Shown in pieces: positions 1 to 12,562 of a stretch of 64,000 nt of DNA. The translations under genes were made by a program, and so were the position numbers. Origin of the DNA: Eledone cirrhosa (lineage: Eukaryota); NCBI GenBank assembly GCA_964016885.1, contig OZ024741.1:107508001-107572000 (forward strand). Direction: 5' to 3'. Numbering within the stretch: position 1 is the stretch's first letter; each line of letters opens with the position of its first letter. A model generated the notes under the pieces. It was not told where the DNA came from, made no database searches, and saw nothing but the letters and a program-made list of their open reading frames with translations.

Positions 1-734
1 CTCTTTATATATATATATATATGTGTATATATATACATGGGTATGTGTTTTTTCTTTGGTATTCTAATTAGTCCACGTACAGAATCGGAAAAATCAGCGC
101 AATTATCTGCCATGGATTGATATTTCATTTTATTGATCGCAAAATAATTAATGGCAAAGTTAGTTAACATTAATAATAATATTCGATTCGTTTGCAAATT
201 AAAAATAAGGTTTTAATTCATAGCAAGAGGCTTTCAAATGCTTATTCGTAAAGATACGCAATATCATTAGGTATACAAAATACAGATACTTATAAATATA
301 CAGCTAAGCTGGAGCGAACACTTTAATTCTATATCTTGTTCAGGCCGAGCCTTCCTACAGATCCATAAGCAAATGAGGCTAATTAGCCCATGTACATCGG
401 TGTCAAAACTATATGTTTTCGCCTATATTCAGTTCGAAACACACGTGATAATACACACACACACACACACACACACAATGGCACGCACTCACACACATAG
501 AAAGAACAGAAATAAGCCTCACACACGCACACACACAAGATCAAGCCACGCACATCTACCAATTTCTTCCCTTCGGCACACATATAGAGAACTACACCTA
601 TGGCACTCCTATACTCTCCACTTTGGCCTTCCAGGCCGAACCTTTCACACGCCTCCTCTTACCTATCTTTCCTAACATCCTTTCCTAACCCTCACACACT
701 ACTCATACATCTGCCTGTTCTCTCCCTATCTGAA

Positions 735-772
735 TTTTCTTGATGAAGAACTTCGGCCCGAAACGTTGAACT
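735..772 (+). ncRNA. Degenerate HHR in a PLE-like 3' remnant (same family as 45511)
   Basis: TTGATGA-agaac ttcg gccc-GAAA-CGTT; downstream caagcgt.aacctaatata is shared with ~45562. Confidence 0.4.
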
Positions 773-859
773 CTCCTCCACTTTCTTCAAGCGTGAACCT
801 AATATAACTGCGTATTTTATTTTTGCATTCCTGTGTTTGTTTTGTTTTGTTTCATATAA

Positions 860-1045
<186 letters not shown>

Positions 1046-2468
1046 ATTATATTTATATTTATTTATTTATAACTGTTGGTCAATCAATAATAAACATGTC
1101 TTGCCAGCTAAATTATTTATATGAATATAATAAAGCAAAAATCAAACCAAACAGTGAGTGTGTTTTACTATTTTTTTTCCAATATTAGAACAACATGACC
1201 CTCTCCAACTATACCAACATAGTATATAGCTATGTCGGAGCACTAATACAAATTCTGAATTAAATGAGTTTTCTCAGCTCATGAATACAGGCTGGGTATC
1301 TATAAGATTCAAGCTTACATTATCCTCAACAAAGATGAGGATATACGTAGACTTTATAACAGCTAATAAGCTACAAATGCGTCGATTACTTCCCCGGTTT
1401 TCGCTGAGGCTGTGTGTGCGACGATGATCACAACCTGAATAGAGTTATTCAAAACAACGAACAGCAGAGGACACGTATCGATCCTAACCGACAGATACCC
1501 CCCACCCCCCCGGAAAACCCCCCCAGTTGATGGATGTGAATCCGAAATATAGGGACAATTAAATTTCTCGTGTTATTATTTTTATTTTTTACGCTCTTTC
1601 CTACGTTCTTCTACACACTATACATCTCAATCTACATTCACTTACATCTCTCTCTCCACCACCGGATCTTGTTACCCGGAGAATTACCCACCTGCATTGT
1701 TGAGGCTTCCAAAACGACCTAAAGAAAATATATCTTATTATTCCACAATGCTTCAAGCAAACTTCTATACTCTCTTAAGTAGCCTTTCCCCACTTAAAAA
1801 ATCTTCAAAACTCAGGCATTGGTTGTTCAGGATATGTTACAGGTTCGTGTGGCTGGCCGTAGCCTAGAAGTGCACCATTTTCTGTAATCTGACGAGCGAT
1901 TTCAATACTTTTAGCAGAGTTTGTAGCCATCATATACATATATATAATTGCCACTAACACTAAGATATCGTTGTACATATCGGTGTATATGAAAACATAA
2001 ACGATATATTTATGTACAACAAACAAGTGAGCCTCAATATCAATAACATAAAATAAATAATACATTTTTTTATATGAAAAAATAATTTTTCTCTTTTGTT
2101 CTGTGAACATGCCACATGCATCTCAACGCCCGTTGAGAATGCCAGACAGCTGTTTCAAGATTTTTAGTCTCACATCAATGACTTTCGCTCAACCGGTATT
2201 GACATGGGAATATATTAGAGCCTATATAGATTTTGCGCATTGAACTGTTACTGGGGATGCTCATTTGCAAATAACATATCCGGATGGTGTTTGAGTGTTC
2301 GTTGTGTGTGCTTGTGTCTGTGTATGTGTGTGTGTGTATGTGTCTGTGTGTTGTAGTGTACAGCCCCAAACATCAGTTAATGCATGTACTCACTCACAGA
2401 CATAGACATATATATACGGAACATATATAATGCTTAGCCTATCTCTCTCCTCTCTCTCTCTCACTCGC

Positions 2469-2592
<124 letters not shown>

Positions 2593-3077
2593 CATATATG
2601 TATGTGTATATATATATATATATATGTGTATGTTTGTGTGCGAGTAAATATATGCATATAGATACAAATATAACTATATATATTCATAAAGATGTCTATC
2701 TGTTTCAACAAAATATAGATGACTTAATACCAAAGTGAATGTTACATAGATAAACAACAAGAACAACACAACCACAATACAACAATAAAAAGAAATAAGA
2801 AACGTAAAATATGCCTAAAATATACCTAGGAAAGAAACATTGTTAATGCAAGATCCAGGAAATTAATTCGAGCAGTTCACGTTTTTCATATATTCATACA
2901 ATGGAAGGGAAAATATGGCGCTTAGAGACGAATCTTCTAAAGAGGACAACTGATGTAACATACGAAACACACAGACACCAGACACAGGCATACTCTCATA
3001 CACACACAAACACTCACATACACATACACACATACATACATACACACATATATATGTACAAATAAATATATACCTAT

Positions 3078-3138
<61 letters not shown>

Positions 3139-3144
3139 CACACT

Positions 3145-3177
<33 letters not shown>

Positions 3178-3336
3178 GTCTCTGTGTGTGTGTGTGTGCG
3201 TATCTGTGTGTGTGCGTGTATGTATATATGTTTTCTGTCTGAAGACAAGGAGCTTCCGATTAGCCAAGCGCAGTGGTAAAAGAAAAGAAGTAGACTACCT
3301 TTTCGTCTGTCTATTCATATTTACCAATCACAAAAA

Positions 3337-3398
<62 letters not shown>

Positions 3399-3504
3399 CT
3401 ATTTAAATAAACAGACACACATGTTCATATATATATATATATATATATGAATGTATTTATATATATAAATGTATTTATGAGTTTTATAGCGAATATTAAT
3501 AAAA

Positions 3505-3895
3505 ATTGTTTCTACTTTTGGCACAAGGCCAGAAATTACCCCAGTGCATTACTGGTACTATATTACATCGACCTTGTAAGGATGAAAGGCAAAATTAACC
3601 ACGGCGGGATTTGAACTCAGTCTGAAAAGGGACGTAACTCTATGCTGGAAAGCATGGCATCCGACCCTCTACCGATACTGCCAATCCACCGCCCTTTATT
3701 ATTATTAATAATAATTGTTTCTACTTTTAGCACAAGGCCAGCTATTACCCCATGCATTACTGGTACTTTATTTTATCGACCACGTAAGGACGAAAGCCAA
3801 GATTAACCTCGACCGGATTTAAACTGAGACCGAAAAGGGACGTAACTATGCTGGAAAGCATGGCGTCGACCCTCTACCGATACTGCCAATCCACA
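3505..3895 (-). mobile_element. Two tandem tRNA-derived SINEs (3505-3693, 3714-3895)
   Basis: A box TGGCAGTATCGG, B box GAGTTCAAATCC, central GCCTTTCATCCT..GGTCGATAAAATAAAGTACCAG (Meta-domain-like). Confidence 0.85.
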
Positions 3896-4178
3896 ATGAT
3901 AATCGATTCAAACAGCCTCATTACGCTATGTTTTTAGATGACTATCGTCATCTGTTCGTTCTAGCAGTGGCATAGAAAAACTGTCATCATGTGTTTTGTT
4001 CTTGCCCTCAAGACCGTGTATTTCTCTGCCACTCGCTTGAATTGTTGAAAATATATATTTTCTAATGTATACATCGGCTGATTAGATTCATTCGCACACC
4101 GAGCGATTTTACCACTCGCTTTGCCGAATGTATATATATGTATGTATATATGTATATATGTATGTAAATATATATATA

Positions 4179-4213
<35 letters not shown>

Positions 4214-4218
<5 letters not shown>

Positions 4219-4657
4219 TATCCACATGACCTCTACCGACCAATCAAAATTGTTTTGACCAATAATTTTTGCTGGCGCCACTTTTCTAACATTTTAACAT
4301 AAAAACAGTCTTGGCGCAAAATCAACTTTTTACATTCACATGACCTCTACCGACCAATCAAAATTGTTTTGACCACAAGCATTTTTGCAACACAAAAATA
4401 ACGCTGGAGCCATTTTTTTAACATAAAAACAGGTAGAATTCCCAAAACTAATCAGATCAGAGCAAACAACACGGACACTCTATCTCAAAATTATTTTTGA
4501 AAAGCATTTAGAAATGCGCAACCGGTAAAAACTTAAAAACTTAAAACCACAACTGAATACTAACCCATACAATCACTAATACTCTTTTATTCCTAATTAA
4601 ACCATTTTTCAACTGTGAACAATTTGTCAGCATTTTCTATTCCGTTTACCAATATAT
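4214..4657 (+). repeat. 5' pseudo-LTR with internal ~114-bp tandem duplication
   Basis: cacatgacctctaccgaccaatcaaaattgttttgacc occurs at 4223 and 4337; the whole block recurs at 9057. Confidence 0.9.
4494..4530 (+). ncRNA. Variant minimal type I hammerhead-like motif (copies at 9337-9373 +, 11104-11140 -, 11229-11265 +)
   Basis: TTT-TTGAAAA-GCATTT ag AAATGC-GCAA-CCGG-TA-AAA. Confidence 0.6.
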
Positions 4658-4719
4658 AATAACTTGTGTGTTACACCTCTATTCTTTTAACTATCATATC
4701 CTCACACGAGATACAGAAA

Positions 4720-6030
4720 ATGCCAACAAAAACGGATACAACCCTCATCAACTCAAATGAAGAGATCCTACAGGAACTCAAGAAAATCAACACCAACCTA
4801 TCTTTGCTGGTCGACAAACTTGACTCCACAAATAAGGAAACCGCCACCGGATACAAACCCTCCGAAATCGGCGACAAACTCCAAAACCTTTGCGATACTA
4901 TCCAAACTATGTTCACTACTACCAACCCAGGAAAAACCAACGAAGAACCATGTGAGATTGATTCACACAAAATGAAAATTCGAACAATTCCAAAATGGAA
5001 CAAATCCCTCAGAGACAGAAAGTTCTCATTCTGGAAGATGATACAAAATCACAACAAAGCAGAGATATATGAAAAATGGCTTAACTCAACCCCTCTAACT
5101 CTCCCCCGTAAACTACAAATAAAGTCCATTCCAAATGAACCCGAACCTCAAAGACACCTTAGGGAAAGAATGGCATTGGAAAAAATGAAGACAGAAATTG
5201 AACTTCTTAAACTGAGGGCCCAGACAAATGAGGAAAAAATCAAAACCATCGATGAAGCGATCCTCCTGGAAATCAACAACAAAACTGAAGGCCCCAAGGT
5301 AGAGAAGATCTCCAAATTATGGAAAGGGGACTGCAACAGAGAAGAACTGAAATCCCTTCAACGCTGGGAAAAAAGTGCCGCTTGGTTCCTACACTATGAA
5401 TCGACTTTTCAAACGGATTACACCTCCAATAACCCGTTCATAAAAATAGGAAAACCCATAACTGAACCGCTCAACAACTTCTCAAACCCCCAAGCCTCAA
5501 ACAAACGAAGAAGGAAGCACCACACCGAAGATGAACTTCCCAACCTCGCTACCATAAGAAGGAACAAAAACCCAAGAAATCATCTCCCCCAGAATGACAT
5601 TTACAACTTTCCCCCTTCAAGGAGACACCATACCAAATCACTCAACTACTACGCGGATTCCTCATCGTCAAACATAGGGAAAAGATACCACCGCCATGAT
5701 AGATGCAACAACTTCCCCGCCTCAAGGGGACAGCAAGGTAATTACCATTTTCTCAACTCTCACTTCCACAATACACAACAAACCCACACCACACGATACA
5801 ACCAACAACGTAGGCCACTTATAACACCACAATACAACATGGCACATAGAAACACACACCCATACTCGCAGTACAGGAACACCCCATTCAATCTACAACC
5901 ACCAACACGAACCACATTTTACAACAACAAGGAATATAACAAACACAGGAGACCACTTAACATCAGCAGACAACCCCTCTACCCCAACCATTTTTTAGAC
6001 ACAGCACACAGATACAGGCAAACAAAATAA
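4720..6030 (+). CDS. PLE ORF1: predicted coiled-coil N-half, basic/H-N-R-rich low-complexity C-half
   Basis: Uninterrupted ORF (track 4666-6030, first ATG 4720) directly after the pLTR and overlapping the RT frame; function not recognisable. Confidence 0.75.
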   Translation: MPTKTDTTLINSNEEILQELKKINTNLSLLVDKLDSTNKETATGYKPSEIGDKLQNLCDTIQTMFTTTNPGKTNEEPCEIDSHKMKIRTIPKWNKSLRDRKFSFWKMIQNHNKAEIYEKWLNSTPLTLPRKLQIKSIPNEPEPQRHLRERMALEKMKTEIELLKLRAQTNEEKIKTIDEAILLEINNKTEGPKVEKISKLWKGDCNREELKSLQRWEKSAAWFLHYESTFQTDYTSNNPFIKIGKPITEPLNNFSNPQASNKRRRKHHTEDELPNLATIRRNKNPRNHLPQNDIYNFPPSRRHHTKSLNYYADSSSSNIGKRYHRHDRCNNFPASRGQQGNYHFLNSHFHNTQQTHTTRYNQQRRPLITPQYNMAHRNTHPYSQYRNTPFNLQPPTRTTFYNNKEYNKHRRPLNISRQPLYPNHFLDTAHRYRQTK

Positions 6031-8314
6031 CACAAGACAGGAGGAGAAACCGATAGTAATAAAAATTATCAATCTTACTAGTGCAGAACCAACACCCAAC
6101 CTTATCAACTTACTCTCCAAAGGTCTTAAATTCACACCGACCCCACTACGTCCTAACTACTATGAAATGAAGGAAGACATCACAGACTTCTGTAGAAAGT
6201 TACGACTTAGTGAACAACTATTCGACCAGTACAATGAGGATGAATCATTAGCCAGAAATAGAAGCAATTACACCCCTTCAAAAGGTAGAAATAAAATCCT
6301 GGACGAATTCTGTGAACACATCACAAACTTCCCTTACCAACACTTGCACAGACAAAAACACAAGCCAAACCTCAACAAGAAAGAATGGGAAGAATTAAAT
6401 AGATTAAAAACCGACAGAACCATTACAATTAAAGAGGCTGATAAAGGGAGTACAGTAGTCCTAATGGAGACAGAATTCTATATCAACTTAGCGCTCTCCA
6501 CTTTGGAAAACGAAACATACTACGAAAAGGCTGAACACTACAATCAACAGAAAATTATGAGAAACCTAAAAACTCTAATCAACCAATACAAAGAAGGACT
6601 CACTAACAAGGAATTCAGCTTCATCACAGACTTCACAAGTAAATCCAGCCTTTTCTACGGTATCCCTAAAGTACATAAAAGCGAATCAATCAGTAAGGCA
6701 TGCAAGGAAGCCACAGACATAGTCATCAATGTCCCCTCACCCAATGATCTCAAATTAAGACCTATAATAGCAGGCCCCGCTTGCGAAACGCACCGTCTTA
6801 GCAACTTCATTGATACCCTTCTCAAACCCTTCCTCAAGCACATCAAAAGCTATATAAGGGACGACCTAGATATGCTCAATCACCTCCCTAATATGCCACT
6901 TTCTGAACAAACCCTACTAGTGACGTTCGATGTAGTCAACCTATACTCCAACATCCCCCACAACCTAGGAATAGAAGCTATCCAATTCTGGCTGGATAAC
7001 TTCCACAATGAACTCCCACAACGCATCAAAAAAGAATTCGTGATAGAGGGACTCAAATTTATCTTGGAGAACAATTACTTCGTTTTCAATAACAAACCCT
7101 ACAGGCAGAAATCCGGGACCGCTATGGGAACGAAAACAGCCCCTACGTATGCCAACCTAGTCATGGGATACCTGGAAATCACCCTCTACACTAAAGTCCT
7201 AAACAAATTTGGAAACACCCTCCACTTACACATTGAAAGGAACTGGAAGCGATATCTAGATGACTGCTTCATCCTTTGGCACGAAAACATCGAAAAACTT
7301 AAAGAATTTCACACCCTTATAAATGGGCTCAACACAAATATTAACTTCACGATGGAATACAGCCATCAACAACTCCCCTTCCTCGACATCCTCATTAAGA
7401 TCCATAACAAAAAAATAGAAACAGACATATACTACAAGCCCACAGACTCCAAGCAATACCTCCCCTTCAACTCTTGCCACCCTAGACACGTTAAAATTAA
7501 TATTCCCTACAACTTAGCCAAGAGAATCTGTACTATAGTCTCCAATAAAAACATCTGCTACTTACGTCTACAAGAACTAAAGGACACACTCATAGGCAGG
7601 GACTACCCTGCATCACTAATTGACAATGGAATCCAACGTTCCCTAAAACTCAGTACCCAGGACCTTAGACACCCTAAAGTAAATCAACCAAAACTAAAAG
7701 CTCTTCCATACATCTCCACACACAACCCCCTCAACAACGAGGCCTTTGACACCATCCTCCAGAACATCCCTGTATTGAAAAAGGACCATAGAATGAACCA
7801 AATTCTACGAACACACGATATCATAAAGAGCAAAAGACAATCCAAGTCAATGAAAAACATCTTAACACATGCCAAAGTACTGCCAACCACAACAACGAAA
7901 CCCACAGTAAAAAAATGCGATAGACCCAACTGTGGCATTTGCATCAACCTAATAGAGGGTTCGGAATTCTATTTCAAAGATGGACAACGTTTTATAGTAA
8001 AACACAATTTCACATGTGCATCGGAAAATTTAATATATGTATTAACTTGTTCAGGTTGTCGAGAACAATACATAGGCCAGACCAAAAACAGCCTCCGCCA
8101 ACGCATGACTGTCCATAGATCCCAAATTAAAATACGGGAATACAGGAAAATACCACTGAGTGAACACATTGATACCTGCGCCGCCCAAAATCATCCCAAC
8201 TTCAGAATCTTTCCCCTCTACAAATTTAAAGATAATGCCACCCACACCCAGCGCATCAGCAAGGAATCTTACTTCATTAACAAATACAGACCCCGTCTAA
8301 ACACTTCTCCCTAA
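5999..8314 (+). CDS. PLE reverse transcriptase + GIY-YIG endonuclease
   Basis: Frame open from 5999 (IINLTS..LLSKGLKFTPTP), first ATG 6167; IKEADKG, LVTFDVVNLYSNI, GTAMGTKTAPTYANL, WKRYLDD, LPFLD, CxxxxCxxC, NLIY..C..C..YIGQT..R. Confidence 0.95.
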   Translation, partial: TQHTDTGKQNNTRQEEKPIVIKIINLTSAEPTPNLINLLSKGLKFTPTPLRPNYYEMKEDITDFCRKLRLSEQLFDQYNEDESLARNRSNYTPSKGRNKILDEFCEHITNFPYQHLHRQKHKPNLNKKEWEELNRLKTDRTITIKEADKGSTVVLMETEFYINLALSTLENETYYEKAEHYNQQKIMRNLKTLINQYKEGLTNKEFSFITDFTSKSSLFYGIPKVHKSESISKACKEATDIVINVPSPNDLKLRPIIAGPACETHRLSNFIDTLLKPFLKHIKSYIRDDLDMLNHLPNMPLSEQTLLVTFDVVNLYSNIPHNLGIEAIQFWLDNFHNELPQRIKKEFVIEGLKFILENNYFVFNNKPYRQKSGTAMGTKTAPTYANLVMGYLEITLYTKVLNKFGNTLHLHIERNWKRYLDDCFILWHENIEKLKEFHTLINGLNTNINFTMEYSHQQLPFLDILIKIHNKKIETDIYYKPTDSKQYLPFNSCHPRHVKINIPYNLAKRICTIVSNKNICYLRLQELKDTLIGRDYPASLIDNGIQRSLKLSTQDLRHPKVNQPKLKALPYISTHNPLNNEAFDTILQNIPVLKKDHRMNQILRTHDIIKSKRQSKSMKNILTHAKVLPTTTTKPTVKKCDRPNCGICINLIEGSEFYFKDGQRFIVKHNFTCASENLIYVLTCSGCREQYIGQTKNSLRQRMTVHRSQIKIREYRKIPLSEHIDTCAAQNHPNFRIFPLYKFKDNATHTQRISKESYFINKYRPRLNTSP

Positions 8315-8497
8315 GACGAACCCACAACATACACACGTCAACATACATACCTACATCAGCACACATCTCTACCCACATATAAACACAATGACACACGTAA
8401 ACACACATGCTCTATGGTGCAATACAAAAAAATATATGTGCATATATATGTATGTATATATGTATATATATATATATATATGTAGTGAAAATATATA

Positions 8498-8533
<36 letters not shown>

Positions 8534-8823
8534 GTGAATATCATTTCACACCTTTTATTGTTAAGATTGTTGATGTTCTATTAAGAGAATCGATTTTACT
8601 GAAAAAATCGAATAATGTACACCATTTTACCAGGGGGGAAAAAATACTGGTCCACCCACACACGCACACACACACACACACACATATATACACAAACACA
8701 TACACACGCGTACATCAACATACAAAGAGACTTATACACACACACACACACACGCACTTCTCCGTATAAGACAAAAGCTGAAAAATATCTTTTGACCTTC
8801 GAATGACTCTGCTGTGTGTATGT

Positions 8824-8867
<44 letters not shown>

Positions 8868-8948
8868 ATCTTAATAGCCATTTGACACACATCGCTGGTG
8901 GCTATTGTCGCAGCATCGAACACCTTACTACTACTACTACTACTACTA

Positions 8949-9014
<66 letters not shown>

Positions 9015-9056
9015 TTGTTGTGAAAGAGTCATTTCTCAATCTTGGCGCAAAACCAA

Positions 9057-9491
9057 TTTTTTATCCACATGACCTCTACCGACCAATCAAAATTGTTTTG
9101 ACCAATAATTTTTGCTGGAGCCACTTTTCTAACATTTTAACATAAAAACAGTCTTGGCGCAAAATCAACTTTTTACATTCACATGACCTCTACCGACCAA
9201 TCAAAATTGTTTTGACCACAAGCATTTTTGCAACACAAAAATAACGCTGGAGCCATTTTTTTAACATAAAAACAGGTAGAATTCCCAAAACTAATCAGAT
9301 CAGAGCAAACAGCACGGACACTCTATCTCAAAATTATTTTTGAAAAGCATTTAGAAATGCGCAACCGGTAAAAACTTAAAAACTTAAAACCACAACTGAA
9401 TACTAACCCATACAATCACTAATACTCTTTTATTCCTAATTAAACCATTTTTCAACTGTGAACAATTTGTCAGCATTTTCTATTCCGTTTA

Positions 9492-9496
<5 letters not shown>
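9057..9496 (+). repeat. 3' pseudo-LTR
   Basis: Near-identical to 4214-4657; ends in (TA)n. Confidence 0.9.
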
Positions 9497-9573
<77 letters not shown>

Positions 9574-9594
9574 CACACAAACACATGTATATAC

Positions 9595-9668
<74 letters not shown>

Positions 9669-9990
9669 TAAAACATGTCTATAGAATCCCCAGATAAAAT
9701 ATATACCATTTCCTCTCCCAATTAGCACAAATAACCATATAAAAAATCGAATAGACCAGGCTATAAGAATAAGGCTTCTATGAAGAAATCTCCAACAAAT
9801 AACCGAAACCAGCCTTTCGCGCCGGCTGCGACGGAATATTTATCGAATATTTCGACAGCGTAATCGCCCAGATATACAGTCAATTAAACAGAATTAGGTG
9901 TAAAATATACTAGGAGAAAAGAGAATACATTTATATACCTCGACCATGGTTTCGTCCGCATTTTAAGATTTCCGATAATTTTAAGATTTC

Positions 9991-10073
<83 letters not shown>

Positions 10074-10837
10074 TATATATATATGGTGCGTTATGGTCCA
10101 TCTGGTTCCTTACCACACTTCCTTCGTTATATATATATATACAATTATAAGTTTGAAGAATAGTCAGACAAAATTTACCCAATCTTTTCTTCTTAGTCCG
10201 TACAAATCAACTAGATGAATAATCATTTAAACGGAGCTATGTTTAAAATGTAACTTTGAAGAAATAACAGATAAAGGTTATCGATATTCCTTTATGAGGA
10301 ATAGTCAGAAAAAATTTACCTTGTCTTTCTTCTTAGGCCGGAGAAATTAACCAGACAAATAACAATTAAACGGAGCTAAGTCTAAAATTTAAGTTTGAAG
10401 AAAAAAATAGATAAACGTTACCAAAAATTCTCCCAGTCCGGACTGTCGATAGTTTCGCTCGTACTTTGTGGAAATGTCTAATCGTTGCATTATCTTTTCA
10501 AGGGACTCCCTCATTTAGGACTGAACATTCGAAATTGATCGCAGTTAGTAACGAATTCAAATGGGGTAAACACATCACGTGGTTAGCGGTCAAAATAGAA
10601 GTGTTGTGAAGGGTAGGCCGTTGGCAAGTAAGTTCATTGCTAGAAGAAGCAGTTAGTTACCGCCTACGGTGTACTCAAAGGTTTACTCAAAGTCATAAGG
10701 ACATATATATATATTTAAAAACAGTCACAGATACATATATGAGTGTTGTCTACCTTCAACGGTGTGGCTCGATAAGTGAATTAAGTAAATAATTATTAAT
10801 CAGAGCTATATAAAATTATAAGTTTGAAGAATAGTCA

Positions 10838-10880
<43 letters not shown>

Positions 10881-10894
10881 CATATATATATGTA

Positions 10895-10940
<46 letters not shown>

Positions 10941-10942
<2 letters not shown>

Positions 10943-11392
10943 GTTAAAAGAATAGAGGTGTAACACACAAGTTATTATATATTGGTAAACGGAATAGAAA
11001 ATGCTGACAAATTGTTCACAGTTGAAAAATGGTTTAATTAGGAATAAAAGAGTATTAGTGATTGTATGGGTTAGTATTCAGTTGTGGTTTTAAGTTTTTA
11101 AGTTTTTACCGGTTGCGCATTTCTAAATGCTTTTCAAAAATAATTTTGAGATAGAGTGTCCGTGCTGTTTGCTCTGATCTGTTTGCTCTGATCAGAGCAA
11201 ACAGCACGGACACTCTATCTCAAAATTATTTTTGAAAAGCATTTAGAAATGCGCAACCGGTAAAAACTTAAAAACTTAAAACCACAACTGAATACTAACC
11301 CATACAATCACTAATACACTTTTATTCCTAATTAAACCATTTTTCAACTGTGAACAATTTGTCAGCATGTTCTATTCCGTTTACCAATATAT
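10941..11392. mobile_element. Head-to-head inverted pair of pLTR 3' halves from the intact PLE
   Basis: 10941-11180 is the reverse complement of ~4454-4693; 11190-11392 is a forward copy; (TA)n on both sides. Confidence 0.9.
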
Positions 11393-11424
11393 ATATATAT
11401 ATATCAGACATTATATATATTATG

Positions 11425-11485
<61 letters not shown>

Positions 11486-11510
11486 TATATATATATATAT
11501 ATATATATCG

Positions 11511-11539
<29 letters not shown>

Positions 11540-11542
<3 letters not shown>

Positions 11543-12525
11543 AGAAAGTGAGGTTTTTTTTACAAAATGAAAAATAACCGAGGTGTCCTACACGAGTGGA
11601 AGTATAAAGAAAAAGGGATGAAATCGAAAATGCAACTGAAGTCTTATTTTTTTAAAAAATATATATATTTATTTGGTTCCTTTACCGGTTTCGCAGTTCT
11701 TCTGCTTTTCAAAAGGTGAGTTGAGATGGAGGGTCTGTGGTTTTTCTCACATCTGGTTGCTCTCTAAATGTTACTTGTTTTATATGGAAAAAGTGGCTCG
11801 AAAACCAGGTTTTTCGAGAAGTAATTTGATTGGTTTGTCAATAATTATAATAAATTTCGCGCCAGTTCGCGTTACAATAGTTCTTCAAATATGAGAGGGG
11901 GGGGGGGTTGTCACAGGTTGTTTTTTCATATATGAGTGTTTGAATTTCTTTTTACTTGAAAAAATGAGGCTCACGAAGGCTTTTTTGGGGTTGGTTATAA
12001 ATGAAATTTGGCTGTCACGTGAACAAGTTTTCATTACATTTTTGCGCCCTTATTTGGAAAACTATTCTGTAGTCTTTATAGTGAATGTTATGACAATGGA
12101 GAGATAGTGGTCAAGGGAAAAGGGATTGGGAGAAATGTTCTGGTTCAGTGAATATGGCCAGCTGTCAGAGTTCAGGTGTCAGAGTTCAGATTTTCTATTG
12201 AGACTGAAGATATGTCTTTATTTGTGTGCTTGTGTGTGTGTATATATGTGTGTGTGTGTGTGTATGTATGTGTGTATTGGAAGATGATTCTATTAGTAGA
12301 GATGGGGGAGGGAGTTGTGTGTGTGTGTATATGGGTGTTATGTGTGTGTGTGCGAGTATGTTAGATAGAGAGAATATATATTTTGTGTGTGTGTATATAT
12401 ATATATGTGTGTAGGAAAGTGGTTCTATTAGTAGAAATGGGGAGGATGTTGTAGGTGTGGGGGTTGTTATGTGTGTGTATGGGTGTTATGTGTGTGGGAG
12501 TATGGTTAGCATGTTAAGATGAAGA

Positions 12526-12562
<37 letters not shown>

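Larger units (their letters stand above)
4214..9496 (+). mobile_element. Apparently intact Penelope-like retroelement (Neptune-like RT + C-terminal GIY-YIG) with direct pseudo-LTRs, bounded by (TA)n
   Basis: Two long ORFs flanked by a near-identical ~440-bp direct repeat (4214-4657 / 9057-9500); TA tracts at both ends. Confidence 0.92.

Noticed and set aside
3505-3895. tRNA genes
   Set aside because: The A/B boxes belong to SINE heads; no cloverleaf, and a shared downstream body
5738-5998. Intron from the AAG|GTAATT donor linking ORF1 to RT
   Set aside because: Its length of 261 nt keeps the ORF1 frame, so it would not reach the RT frame
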